Source of the DNA: an uncultured Verrucomicrobiae bacterium | GTDB taxonomy: Bacteria > Verrucomicrobiota > Verrucomicrobiia > Limisphaerales > UBA11358 | Assembly: GCA_963830235.1 (NCBI GenBank) | Contig: CAWHLR010000016.1 | Span: forward strand, 28,474 to 92,473 | DNA length: 64,000 nucleotides | Direction: 5' to 3' | Part shown: in pieces, positions 10,501 through 21,796 of the stretch | Layout of the letters: each line of letters opens with the position of its first letter | Numbering within the stretch: the stretch's first letter is position 1 | Made by a program: the position numbers and the translations under genes | Notes under the pieces: model-generated | Told to the model about the DNA's origin: nothing | The model's input: the letters and a program-made list of their open reading frames with translations, nothing else | Database searches by the model: none

Positions 10501-12415
10501 TTCCCCCACCAACCGGCTTTTCAGCCTGATTTTTGGCAACGACGATTTCCGCCAGATGTATCTGCGCCGGCTGCGCACGCTGATGGACACCATTCTCATG
10601 CCGCCGGGCACGCCCACCAACGCGCTGGTCATCGAACCGCTCATCCGGCAATACGAAAGCAAGTTGAATCCGCCAAGCATCTCACCCTCCGACACCGCGC
10701 TGGATTACGCGGCCTGGGGTCCGTGGTGGGGCGACACCAGCTTGAGCCAGTTCCCGAATTTTGCCGAACAGATCGTCTCCACCTTTCTGCCGGGCCGCCG
10801 GAATTATCTCTACAGCACCAACGCCACGCTCAATGGCTATCCCATCCCGCCGGCGCAGCCGGCCAACACCGTCATTCTGATTGGTTCCTGGGATTACAAT
10901 CCGGCCAGCGGAAACCAGAACGAACAATACGTCGAACTGCGCAACACGAATTCCTATTCGGTGGACGTTTCCAACTGGCGGCTCATCGGCGGCATTGAAT
11001 TCACGATGCGTCCGGGCACCGTCATTCCCGCCGGCAAATCGCTTTATCTCGCCGCCAACGTGAACGCCTTCCGCGCCCGCGCGGCCAGCCCGCACGGCGG
11101 CCAGGGCCTGTTCGTGCAGGGAGCGTATGGCGGTCTGCTCAGCAGCCAGGGCAACACCCCGTTGATTTTGGAAAATGACAAGGGTGCGCTCGTCAACCAG
11201 AACAGTTATGCCGGGAATTCTTCCTCGTCACCGTTCGCCCCCGGAAATCTCGCGGTGCTCCGCGTCGGCGATGGCACGGAATCATTGAGCAGCCACGGCA
11301 ATTCAGTTTTCATTGACCAGTTTAACACCAGCGGCACGCTGGTCGGCAGCATCGCCATTCCCGATAACGCCACCAACGCTCTGCTTGTCAGCGGCAGCGC
11401 CTCGTCCGAAGGCGCGCTGAGCCGTTCGGCGGATGGACGGCTGCTCATTTTCGCGGGCTACAACATCGCGTTCACCAACAGCACCTCGTCGCTGGCCAGT
11501 GCCAATGCCACCAATGTTCCGCGGGTGCTGGGCATCCTTGATGCGAACGGCGCCTTTACACTCGTCGGGGTGACGACCAATCAATACAGCGGAAATAATA
11601 TTCGTTCCGGCACGACCGATGGCCGCGGGAATTACTGGGGCGCGGGCGCGAACAGCGCCAACAACGGAACATTTTATTTTGGCGGCGGCCCGGCCGGCAC
11701 CGTCCAAACCAACGTCGCCAACTCCATTGTCATCCAGGACCTCGGTGGAAATCTTTATTTCAGCACGCAAAAAATCACGAACGGCATCTGGGAAATTTCC
11801 GGCACGCCGGCCACGCTGGCGTCCGCCGGCCTCCTGATCAAGACCGGCAGCAGCAGCACGCCGTATGCGTTTGCCTTCAATCCCGGTTTCACCACCGCGT
11901 ACGTAGCGGACGACACGCTCGCGGGCAAGGGCGGCATTCAACGCTGGGATTTCAACGGCAGTACTTGGGCGATGAGTTACGCCTTCGCCGGCATCACCAA
12001 TATCGGTGCGCGCGGGGTCGCGGTGGATTTCAGCGGCGCGCATCCGGTCATTTATGCTACGACGGCCGAAGCCTCCACGAACCGGCTGGTGTCCATCACC
12101 GATACCGGCGCGGCTTCCACCGTCACCACGCTGGCGACCGCCGGTGTGAACCAGCTTTTCCGCGGCGTGGCCCTGACGCCAAACAACGGCACAGTGCCGC
12201 AATTTTTCAGTTCCGCCGGGAATGGGAACAACTTCACGCTGTCGTGGACGGCCCTGGTGAACCGCAATTACACGCTCCAATACAATGGCGACCTGAGCAG
12301 CACCAATTGGACCACGCTGACCAACCTGACCGCCGCGCAGCCGGTTTTGACCGTGACCGACCTTGGCGCGTCCGTGAACACCAATCGCTTCTACCGGTTG
12401 ATTTTGAATCCTTGA
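7597..12415 (+). CDS. Large secreted protein with lamin-tail domains, LamG domain and CotH kinase domain (one frameshift near 7842)
   Basis: Signal peptide; ITEFMASN...DWIEIQN (lamin tail); YWRLNE...GQIDEVAVW (LamG); KNYYLYRD...PWDVDLTWG (CotH); second lamin tail YVELRN; C-terminal ...RFYR domain. Confidence 0.85.
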
Positions 12416-12453
12416 AGGCGGCGCTGAACTCCGTGGGACAGAGATGTCCGTGG

Positions 12454-13110
12454 TTAAAACAGTTCGCGTTGGGTTGTTGGTTTCAGCGGGGCAAAGCTGC
12501 GCCGGTGGATCGGGCACGGGCCGTGTTCCGCAATGGCCGCCAGATGTTGCGCCGTGCCGTAGCCTTTGTGCCCGGCAAATCCGTATTTCGGCCATTGCCG
12601 GTCGAATTCGAGCATCAGCCGGTCGCGCGTCACCTTGGCCAGCACACTCGCGGCGGCGATGGAATAGCTCCGCGCGTCACCTTGCACAATCGCCGTGTGC
12701 GGCACCGGCATGGTCTTGACGGGCCGTCCGTCCACGAGCGCGTGTTCGGGCGCGGGCTGCAACTGCGCGAGCGCGTTGTTCATGGCGCGATGCGTGGCGC
12801 GCAGAATGTTAATGGCGTCAATTTGTCCGGCTCCAACCTGCGCGATGGCAAATTGCACTTCGGGACACGCCGTGAGAAAGGCAAAGTATTTTTCGCGCTG
12901 CGCAGCGGTGAGCTGCTTCGAATCGTTCAAGCCCTCAAGTTCGGGCGGCAGGCCGGATACCGCCCATTTCGACGGCAAAACCGCCGCCGCCGCCACCACC
13001 GGCCCGGCCAGCGGGCCGCGTCCAGCCTCGTCCACGCCCGCGACGCGAGTCATCCCCTGGGTCCACAGCACGCGCTCGAATTCAAAGCGGTCTGAAAATT
13101 TGGCGGCCAT
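12454..13110 (-). CDS. rnhB: Ribonuclease HII
   Basis: GVDEAGRGPLAGPV, LNDSKQL, SIAAASVLAKVTRD, HKGYGT. Confidence 0.97.
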   Translation of the reverse strand: MAAKFSDRFEFERVLWTQGMTRVAGVDEAGRGPLAGPVVAAAAVLPSKWAVSGLPPELEGLNDSKQLTAAQREKYFAFLTACPEVQFAIAQVGAGQIDAINILRATHRAMNNALAQLQPAPEHALVDGRPVKTMPVPHTAIVQGDARSYSIAAASVLAKVTRDRLMLEFDRQWPKYGFAGHKGYGTAQHLAAIAEHGPCPIHRRSFAPLKPTTQRELF

Positions 13111-13204
13111 TGCTTGGCTCCGAGCCTAGCGCGTTTTGCGGCATTGTCAGCCATGATCTTTCGAGGACGAGAGGACGAGAACGAGGAGCTCGATTTTTTC
13201 GCTT

Positions 13205-13250
13205 CAAAAATCCGTGTTCATCCGTGTCCATCCGTGGTTAAATTTCCCCC
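13205..13250 (+). repeat. Short-unit repeat element (ATCCGTG..)n-GGTTAAA, copy 1
   Basis: 42/46 identical to 13826-13871; ends immediately before the ATG at 13251. Confidence 0.85.
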
Positions 13251-13781
13251 ATGAAAATCGAATCCCTGCATGTCGGCATGAACGTCCGCCATCCGCAATA
13301 CGGCGTGGGCGTGGTCAAAACCATTTCTGAAATCACGGCGGAAATCCTCTTCGGCGACGGCAAGCGCGCCGTCGCGCCGGAGGCCGCCGGCCTCGAACCC
13401 GCCGAACCGCAAACCGCCGTCAGCGGCCTGAACCTGCCGCTCAAACAATTCATCGAGCAAACCGTGGATGCCGCCGTGGTCCGGCTCGGCCTGGAAAAAC
13501 CGGAGGCCGTGATTGATAAACTCGGCCTCCGCTGGCACGGCGGCAAACTGGTCATGCATCCCGCCGACCCGGCGTTGCAGACCAAGGAAGTGCCGCTGGA
13601 AACCTTTTTCCACAAGATCGTGATGGTGCGGAACAACCTGCGCGTGCTGGAACAGAAAATCAACGCGCACGAGAAGCTGACCGACGGCGAAAAGGTGGAG
13701 ATGCAGCAATACATCACGCGCAGCTACGGTTCCCTGACCACGTTCAACGTCCTGTTCAAGGAAAAGGAAGACCAGTTTTGA
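13251..13781 (+). CDS. Hypothetical protein (N-terminal SH3/tudor-like HPxYGxG motif)
   Basis: 176-aa ORF with host-like codon usage; [11 protein letters not shown]; C-terminal [20 protein letters not shown]...[16 protein letters not shown]. Confidence 0.8.
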   Translation: MKIESLHVGMNVRHPQYGVGVVKTISEITAEILFGDGKRAVAPEAAGLEPAEPQTAVSGLNLPLKQFIEQTVDAAVVRLGLEKPEAVIDKLGLRWHGGKLVMHPADPALQTKEVPLETFFHKIVMVRNNLRVLEQKINAHEKLTDGEKVEMQQYITRSYGSLTTFNVLFKEKEDQF

Positions 13782-13825
13782 CCGGCTTGCCGGGACCAAG
13801 CCGGATCGTTGAGGCTGGTCCTCCA

Positions 13826-13871
13826 CAAAAATCCGTGTGCATCCGTGTGCATCCGTGGTAAAAATTCCCCC
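13826..13871 (+). repeat. Short-unit repeat element, copy 2
   Basis: Near-identical to 13205-13250; 6 bp before the gatB ATG. Confidence 0.85.
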
Positions 13872-13877
13872 GCCATT

Positions 13878-15350
13878 ATGGAATACGAAGCGGTCATCGG
13901 GCTGGAAACGCACGTCCAGCTTAAAACGAAATCGAAAATGTGGTGCGGTTGCGCCAATGCCTTCGGCGCGCCGCCGAACTCCAACGTCTGCCCCGTCTGC
14001 CTCGGCCTGCCCGGCGTCCTCCCCGTGCCCAACGACGAGGCGCTGCGCCTGACCGTGCTCACCGGTTTTTTGTTGAACTGCGAGATTCCCCGCTTCGCCA
14101 AGTTCGACCGGAAGAGCTATTTCTATCCGGACATGCCCAAGAATTACCAGATCACACAATACGACAAGCCGTCCACGGCCAACGGCCACGTCGAGTTTGA
14201 ATTCAACGGCGGCCTGGCGCGCGTGCGCATCACCCGCGCGCACCTGGAGGAGGACGTGGGCAAGAGCACGCATTTCGAGCGCAACAGCGGCGTGGATTTC
14301 AACCGCGCCGGCGTGCCGCTCATGGAAATCGTTTCCGAGCCGGACCTGACCAGCGCCGACATGGCCTACGAATATCTCAACGCGCTCAAGGAAATTTTGC
14401 TGCAAGGCGGCGTGAGCGATTGCGACATGGAAAAGGGCATGGTGCGCTGCGACGTGAACGTGAGTGTGCGGCCCGGTCGGCACGAAGGAACTCGGTGCGA
14501 AGATTGAAATCAAAAACATGAACAGCTTTTCCGGCGTGCGCCGCGCGCTGGAATACGAAATCCCGCGCCAGATCGAAGTCGTGTCCAGGGGCGGCAAGCT
14601 GATTCAATCCACGCGCCGCTGGGACGACGTGGCTGGCATCACCGAGGAAATGCGCACGAAGGAAGACGCCCACGATTACCGCTATTTTCCCGATCCCGAC
14701 CTGATGCCGCTTGAGCCGACGGACGCCTGGCTGGCCGAGGTGAAATCGCGCGTGGTGGAACTGCCGCTCGCGCGGAAGCGGCGGTTCATGAAGGATTACG
14801 GTCTGCCCGCCTCCGACGCCCAGACATTTGTGTGGGACGTGCAGCTTGGGAATTATTTCGAGCCGATTGCCAAGCAATCCAGAACCCTAAAGCTGTTGCC
14901 AACTGGGTCATCAACAACCTTCGGGCGATGATATCTGCGGAATCGGGAACAGTTACAGATTTTGACCACATACCAACTTTTGGAGGCCCGATATTCAAAT
15001 TGGAGTCGCTTCTGTTCAAACCGGTATCTATCAACGAACTCATTGAACTGGTGGATGGTGGAAAAATTAGCAGCAAAATTGCGCAGGATGTTTTCAAGGA
15101 AATGTTCAAGACCGGCAAATCGCCGGCGGCGATTGTCCAGGAAAAAGGCCTGGCCCAGGTCAGCGACACCGGGGCGATTGAAAAATTCTGCGACGAGGCG
15201 ATTGCGGCCAATCCCGGTCCAACTGCCGATTTCAAGGCCGGCAAGGCCGCCGCGCTGAATTTCCTCAAGGGTCAGGTGATGAAGTTGAGCAAGGGCAAGG
15301 CAAACCCGGCGCTGGCCGGGGAAATCCTGGAACGGAAGTTGAAGGGTTAG
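13878..15350 (+). CDS. gatB: Asp/Glu-tRNA amidotransferase subunit B (two apparent frameshifts, near 14475 and 14881)
   Basis: VIGLETHVQL, CPVCLGLPG, RKSYFYPD, HLEED, FNRAGVPLMEIV, EIKNMNS, DYRYFPDPDL, GQVMKLSKGKANP spread over three frames. Confidence 0.95.
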
Positions 15351-15402
15351 GCATTCTTTCCGGCAACCGAACCCGGCTGGCGCCCGCTTCAGCACCGGGC
15401 CG

Positions 15403-17733
15403 TCATGGCTGGCGCAAACGAAAGAAACGGCTCGGCTCCGCAGTTTGGATGGTGGCGACTTTCTCAACGCCGACGAAGCTGGCGGGCTCGACAGCCGGGG
15501 ACCAGATTGAGGCAGGTGAAAGATTGGTGTTTGATTCCAGCACTGCGTCCGTCGGCAAAAACGGCCAGCTCACAACCACACTATTGGTCCCCGGTGTCAC
15601 GGAGATTTTTGCCGGCGAAACGAACGCGCTGTAAATCATGGCATTGATTTGCTGCGCCGCTGTGATCAACTCCCCATAAGGCGTGTCGGCGCCCGAGACG
15701 AAACCGATGTTGTAGTTCTCGCCATCGGAACGCCCCACCAGCGGCTCGTCGTAATACTGGAACCATTGGCAGCCGACGAATGCCGGGAGGGACAGGACGC
15801 TTCGGACATACTCCTGATAGGCCTGGCCGCGGTCGGCCTGATTGGTAGCTTGGACAAGCCCCGGACTGAACATCCCGCGATCGAGCGCGCCAAAGTGGAA
15901 TTCACCCACCAGGCACGGTTTGCCCAGCGTTTGTGTGAACGCCCAGGCATTGGTGTCCAGCGACCGGCTGTAAATGTTGAACGTGATCACGTCGCACGAT
16001 TGCGTTGCGGCGCTGACGGCTTCGATTGTGTACGATGCGAACCGGCTGCCGAGGTAAAGTTGGGAGGGCGCATACCATTTCATCTTCGCATTGACGACCG
16101 AGAAATAGCGTCCGGCGAAATTGGTGAGGAACGCGCTCAAGTCCGTCACACACGCCGCGGTCCACGATGACGGCAGCGTCACCACCTGATTGGAGAACGC
16201 GCTCCAGGAGGCGATGCTCGTGTTCCAGGCGGTGTTCAACCCGGTGATCGCCGGATATTTCAATTGCATCTGCCGTGCAAACTCAGCCTTGGCCGGCAGG
16301 CTCCCGCCATAGGCCAGCACCCCCGCCGGCAGCGCATACTGGTCGCTCGTGGCGCTGCCCCCGCCCCAAGGCAGTTCGTTGTCAACAAAGTAGCCCAGAC
16401 ACCACGGGTCGTTTTTCCAAGGCGCCGTCCCCGAGGCAATCGCGGCATCCACCCGGCCCGGAAACCCGGGATCGAATGGGTCAATCATCGTCTGCGCAGC
16501 CGAGGTAAAACTCGCCAGCCCGGTCCAGTCGTACCAGACCGATACCGTGTACGGAACCCGGTGCCCGCTGAAAAAGTCCGAGGATGACCAGTTGCCAATG
16601 GTATTGAATCCCCAGGCATCGAGCCGGTCGTAAACCCGGGAGCGGGCAAGGCTCAGCGAGTTCGTCCCGTACTTTCGCCAGAGGTTCATGCCGTAGAAGT
16701 TTGCCGTTCGATTTGCGCCCGGCTGGGAGAATTGGGCCAGCGGATCGCCGGCGGCGGGCAGCCAGGAAAACATATTTTCCCGGCCGCTCACGGCGGTGGT
16801 TTCACCATAGTCAATCACGTCGATGCCGAGCGAAAAAAAGAGCCGGCCGGACGGCGCCACCAGCCACCAGCGCCCCCGGTTGGTGCTGCCTGGCGACATT
16901 TCGTTCGTGCCGGCCACCCACGCGGTACGGAAATAGCCGCTCGCGGCGAGTTGGGGTCCGTTTTGCCACGCTCCGTAAACGTCGCGGTCGGCGGGTCTCG
17001 GATGGGCCGCGAACCACTGCTGTTCCTGGCTGTTCTGATCCGCGAAATCGGCGTCCTGGTGGATTTTGCCGGGCCAGTCAGCGCCGGTGTACTGACCGTA
17101 GGCATCCACAATTCCGTCGAGATCCGGCACGGGGAGCACCCGCAGGTTGTCGAGGAAGAGTGTGGTTGGGGTCGGCGGGCTGGAGAGGAAAATCTGGAAT
17201 GCCACGATGTTCGACCAGTTCAGCGCCACGCCGTACACGGAGGCGCTCAAGGCGTTTGACGCGACGAGTGGCGGTCCGGCGCGCATGCCGGTGACGGCGC
17301 CTTGCGGAAACGCCATGACGATGGTGCCGGAGGCATTGGCAGGAAAGTTCAACGAAGCCGTCTGGCAATGCTGGCTGCCATCCGCGGAAAAATCGTCGTC
17401 CACGCGGATGAAAACCATGATCGGCACCGCGTTGGTGTTCAGCACGTCAACCGCCAGTCCGCCGCGCGACCGCCAATCGAGGTTGGTGAACGCAACACCG
17501 CTCTTGAAATAGATGTTGGGCCAGGCGCTCGAGTTGAACGTGACGCAGCCGGAATGCTGGCCGAGCGTCACGCCGTTGGTGGAGAGGGAGACCGTGGTGT
17601 CGTTACTGGAAATGACAGCCAGGTCGGCGCTGGTTTCAAAGGAGTTGACCAGCCATGAGCTGGTCTGAGCTTGAATCGAGATGGCGGCGGTGGACAACAG
17701 CGCGGCCAGGCAGGAATAAAGGAGTTTATTCAT
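15403..17733 (-). CDS. Secreted glycoside hydrolase, beta-agarase (GH50)-like clan GH-A
   Basis: Signal peptide; VDAYGQY..DWPGK, WGFNTIGNW, GYFVDNELPW, GEFHFGALDRG, WFQYYDEP..GR.DGENYNIG. Confidence 0.8.
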   Translation of the reverse strand: MNKLLYSCLAALLSTAAISIQAQTSSWLVNSFETSADLAVISSNDTTVSLSTNGVTLGQHSGCVTFNSSAWPNIYFKSGVAFTNLDWRSRGGLAVDVLNTNAVPIMVFIRVDDDFSADGSQHCQTASLNFPANASGTIVMAFPQGAVTGMRAGPPLVASNALSASVYGVALNWSNIVAFQIFLSSPPTPTTLFLDNLRVLPVPDLDGIVDAYGQYTGADWPGKIHQDADFADQNSQEQQWFAAHPRPADRDVYGAWQNGPQLAASGYFRTAWVAGTNEMSPGSTNRGRWWLVAPSGRLFFSLGIDVIDYGETTAVSGRENMFSWLPAAGDPLAQFSQPGANRTANFYGMNLWRKYGTNSLSLARSRVYDRLDAWGFNTIGNWSSSDFFSGHRVPYTVSVWYDWTGLASFTSAAQTMIDPFDPGFPGRVDAAIASGTAPWKNDPWCLGYFVDNELPWGGGSATSDQYALPAGVLAYGGSLPAKAEFARQMQLKYPAITGLNTAWNTSIASWSAFSNQVVTLPSSWTAACVTDLSAFLTNFAGRYFSVVNAKMKWYAPSQLYLGSRFASYTIEAVSAATQSCDVITFNIYSRSLDTNAWAFTQTLGKPCLVGEFHFGALDRGMFSPGLVQATNQADRGQAYQEYVRSVLSLPAFVGCQWFQYYDEPLVGRSDGENYNIGFVSGADTPYGELITAAQQINAMIYSAFVSPAKISVTPGTNSVVVSWPFLPTDAVLESNTNLSPASIWSPAVEPASFVGVEKVATIQTAEPSRFFRLRQP

Positions 17734-17798
17734 CGGATATAATATATCACAGACGGAGAATGATCTCCATCCGTTCCGCGGGTTCCGCGAAGAACCGT

Positions 17799-17895
17799 GC
17801 TGAATTTCCTCAAAGGTCAGGTGGTGAAGTTGAGCAAGGGCAAGGCGAACCCCGCCTTTGTGGGCGAAATTTTGGAAAAGAAACTGAAGGGCTGA
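17799..17895 (+). repeat. Diverged duplicate of the gatB 3' end
   Basis: 97 bp aligning without gaps to 15254-15350; encodes LNFLKGQVVKLSKGKANPAFVGEILEKKLKG*. Confidence 0.92.
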
Positions 17896-18000
17896 TTTTG
17901 AAGTGACTCCGCTGGCGCGCGAGCGGAAAGAGCAATGCGGTTGATGCTGCAACCTAAGGAATGCGGACAAAGCTGTCCGCGCTCCTGAAAAATCAACTTC

Positions 18001-21000
18001 TCACCATCGTCGTACACGATAATACCGTTGCGAGTTGGTGGCGGCGGTGTCGGTCAATATCTGTATTCCTCCGACCCCGGCCGCGAGCGGCAAAGCGGTC
18101 CAGTTGCTGTCCGTCAATGACTTTTTGTATTCAAGCATGAAGACCCTGCCGTTTTGCGTGGGCAAAGAAACGCTGAAGCTGTTGGTGCCGAACTTCGGCT
18201 GTGACAAGGGTGTGAAAAGGACCGGCGATCCGTCTGACACCAGCGCGAGACTATGTGCGCCACCGCCGCTGACGGCAATGATGTTTGTTGCCATGGCCGG
18301 CACGTCCGTCTGACCAGCGTAGTCGCCTCCCCAAGCTGCGATCGTGCCTCCAGCCTGCAAAGCCAGGCTGTGATCACCTCCCACGGACATGGCAACCGGA
18401 TTCGTCACGGCAACCGGCCCAGGGAGTGGTTCATATGTATTGTTTCCCCAGCCGATCAGTGTTCCATCGGTGCGCAAAGCTAGCAAATAGTTATCTCCGG
18501 CCGCAATCGCCACCACGTTAGTAGCCGAAGCGGGCACGAGATTATTACCCCACCAGCAAACGACCATACCGTCCTGCCTCAAGAACAGGCTTTGATAATC
18601 GCCCGCCGCAGTGGCAACGACATTAGTCGCTGTTGCTGGAATAGACTTCTGGTTCTCAGGTTTTCTCCCCAAATAATGACACTGCCGTTCCGAAGCAGCG
18701 CAAGGCTGTGGGCATTCCCGGCCGCGATGGCCACCGCATTCGTAACCAAAGATGGCACCTGGGTTTGTTTGTAGCTGTTGTCTCCCCATGCGAGCACGGT
18801 GCCATTATTCATCAGGGCCAGGCTGTGATTTTCGCCGGCGGCGACGGCGACAATATTGGTCGCTGACGACGGCACGTTGATTTGGCCATACGAGTTATCT
18901 CCCCAGGCTACAATGCTGCCGTCGGCACGAAGGGCCAGGTTGTGATTTCCGCCAGCGGCAACCGTCAGAATGTTGGTGGCTTCAACCGGCATTTCGAGCT
19001 GGCCGGACGAGTCATCACCCCAGGCAAGAATGGGTGTGACGATTACGTTTGCCACCAAACCGGTAACGCTCCCGTAAGCATTCGTCGCCACGAGGGTGTA
19101 ATTTCCGTTGTCCTGATATTCCGCAACGTTGAAGCCAAGCGTTGGCGATGTTGCTCCGGTGATTCGTCCATCATTCGTCAGCATGACTCCGTTTTGATAC
19201 CATTGGAAACCCATCGGTTGGGCGCCGGAAACGGCAGCCGGCAGACATGCTGAATTTCCAAACAGCGCGTGGCCCGGCAGCGGTTGGGCAGCCACGGCTG
19301 GCCCGGAAAGAACCGTCAAGGTCACGGAAGCATTCGTCGTCTGGCCAAGGGCGTTCGTCACCATCAAAACATAGGTCCCGCCATCCGCTGTCTGCGTGCC
19401 GGAAATTTGCAGCCAGGAATTGGTTGCGCCGGAAATGGCGTTGCCATCGTGATACCACTGGAGGCTCAAAGGAGATGCGCCAGTCACACCGGCGTTGAAT
19501 ATCGCCTGCTGGCCGGCGTGAGCAACCACCGAAACCGGCTGCCGGTATAACTGCGGCTGCCCCGATCCGATCACTGCCAAACTATAGTCTTCTCCGATAC
19601 CGATGCTCACCACGTTGGAAAGGCTCATGGGGATGTTCGTCACTCCAAACCAGCCTTTTCCCCAGGCGATCACCGTCCCATCCGCCCGCAAAGCCAGGTT
19701 GTGATACCATCCGGCGGCGATGGCAATAATATTGGTGGCCGATGCCGGGACACTGGTTTGACCATAGGAATTGTCGCCCCAGGCAATCACCATTCCGTCC
19801 GCCCGCAAGGCGAGGCTGTGCCACCATCCGGCGGCTATCGCCACGACGTTCGACACGGAAACCGGAACCGTGTCCTGTAATCCCCAGGCCACTATGCTGC
19901 CGTCGGCACGAAGAGCCAGGTTGTGGTAATAACCAGCAGCCACCGCGACCACATTCGTGAGGTAAAAGGGAACATTGGTTTGCCCATAATCGTTGTTTCC
20001 CCAGGCGACCACTGTGCCGTCCGCACGCAAAGCCGCGCTGTGCGCCCAACCGGCGGCGATGGCGATGACATTTACTGCCGTCGGCGGCACGTTGGTCTGG
20101 CCGTCCAGGTTGCGACCCCAGGCAATGACCGACCCATCCGCACGTAGCGCCAGACTGTGATCGCTGCCCGCCGCAATCCCCACGACATTCATAAGCGCTG
20201 GCGGCACGTTGGCTTGACCGCTCGCATTCTTTCCCCAAGCGACGACCGTGCCATCAGCGTTCAAGGCCAGACAATGCCTGTTGCCGGCGGCAACCGCCAA
20301 CACGTTTGAGAGACTCGCAGGAACATTGGTCTGGCCATTGCTGTTGTTGCCCCAGACCCAAACCGGCACCACATCCAGCGTGCTCGAACAACTCGCGATA
20401 CCAAGCGAGTTGCTGGCCACCACGGAATAGGTTCCCGCCTGTTCCATCTGAATATTGGACAAGGTCAGCGTCGCATTGGTTTGCGCCGGGAGAATGGTTC
20501 CATTGAATGACCATTGGTAATTCATGGGAGACAAACCGGCGACCGCGATTTGCAGTGCCACCGGTGCATCCTTGAACGCGGTCTGCCGCAGCACCGGCCT
20601 TTGGGTCAGGAACGGTGAACCATCACTCACCAGCGCCAGACTGTTGCTGCCGCCCCCCGCTATCGCCACCACATTGTTCAAGCCAGAGGGCACATTCGTC
20701 TGGCCGAGACCATTCTCACCCCAGGCAACGACCGTACCATCGTTCTTTAACGCCAAGCTGTGGTAATTACCCGCTGCAATTGCAGCAATGTTCGTCACCC
20801 CCGCAGGAACACTCGTTATGGAATTAAACCCCGCTATGGGACCCCACACGGCGACTGTCCGATCCGCCTTCAATGCCAGCCCGTGGACGGACCCGGCCGC
20901 AATCGCCACCACATTGGTCATGTTTGGAATATACCCCAGATCAATCCAATTCCCCGTACCATAATAATCCAAATCAGCCAACCTGCCCCCGAGGAATATG

Positions 21001-21566
21001 GCTCCATCAGTTTTCAGCACCATGTTGAACCTGACATACCAAGCACCTTCGTAAACATTAGAAACTTCGTAACCCTTGCTGACAGCAATGGCGGTTACAT
21101 TTCTAAGACCTAGTAAACAATTGGTTTGTCCGTAGGTATTGTCTCCCCAAGCGATCGGCACCCCATTGGCCTTCAACGCCAGACTCTGGGCATCGCCTGC
21201 CGCAATGGCCACGACGTTCGTCAGGTCGGCGGGCACATTGGTCTGGCCGTAAGAATTATTTCCCCATGCCACAACGGTTCCATCCGCCTTCAGTGCCAGA
21301 CAATGTGCCGGACCTGCCGCAATCGCCACCACGTTGCTCAAACCGGAAGGAACATTGGTCTGGCCATAAGTATTGTCTCCCCATGCGATTATTGTTCCGT
21401 CGGCTTTGAGCGCCATCTCGCTGGAATTGCCGGCGGCAACCGCCACCACGTTCGTCAGCCCCACAGGTATGTTCGTCTGGCCGAAAGAATTGTCCCCCCA
21501 AACGACAACTTGGGTAGCCGCGTTGCTGGCAATCAAAGAGGAGAGCAAACCTATAAAAACCAACAA
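18001..21566 (-). CDS. Secreted RCC1-repeat / immunoglobulin-domain protein (frameshift near 18650; start uncertain)
   Basis: Many VVAIAAGxxHSLALxADGTVVAWGxNxYGQ repeats, Ig-like segments (YQW..NG, GTYSVVASN), C-terminal ...RYYR domain. Confidence 0.88.
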
Positions 21567-21796
21567 CGATTTGCGGCCGAGGAGCTTAAGCCGGATTGTT
21601 TTCAGTAATATTTTCCAAGGGTTTATTTATCAGCCGCACCAACCATGGTGCAGCTTCATTAAAAACTCGTTAGCACAGGCACGGTTCTTTCAAATATTTT
21701 GAAGATTTTCCGCAAGCAGGCGATCGCCTGCCCGCCGGGAACAGTAAAAACTCAAAAAACTTTGTACCTGGGCGGTTTGGCGGTTAATCTCCAACG

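Noticed and set aside
9068-10651. Long antisense ORFs (this one, 21803..23281, 48010..49185 and others)
   Set aside because: Shadow frames of well-supported genes in high-GC DNA, without protein motifs
14460-14890. Programmed frameshifting or pseudogenisation of gatB (and of the CotH, RCC1, C26 and GT4 genes)
   Set aside because: gatB is normally essential, motifs are intact on both sides, and single-base shifts are scattered over unrelated genes without a common slippery motif; assembly indels are the simpler explanation
18001-21566. Diversity-generating retroelement target
   Set aside because: Repeats are ordinary RCC1 protein repeats; no reverse transcriptase or adenine-specific template/variable pair was seen
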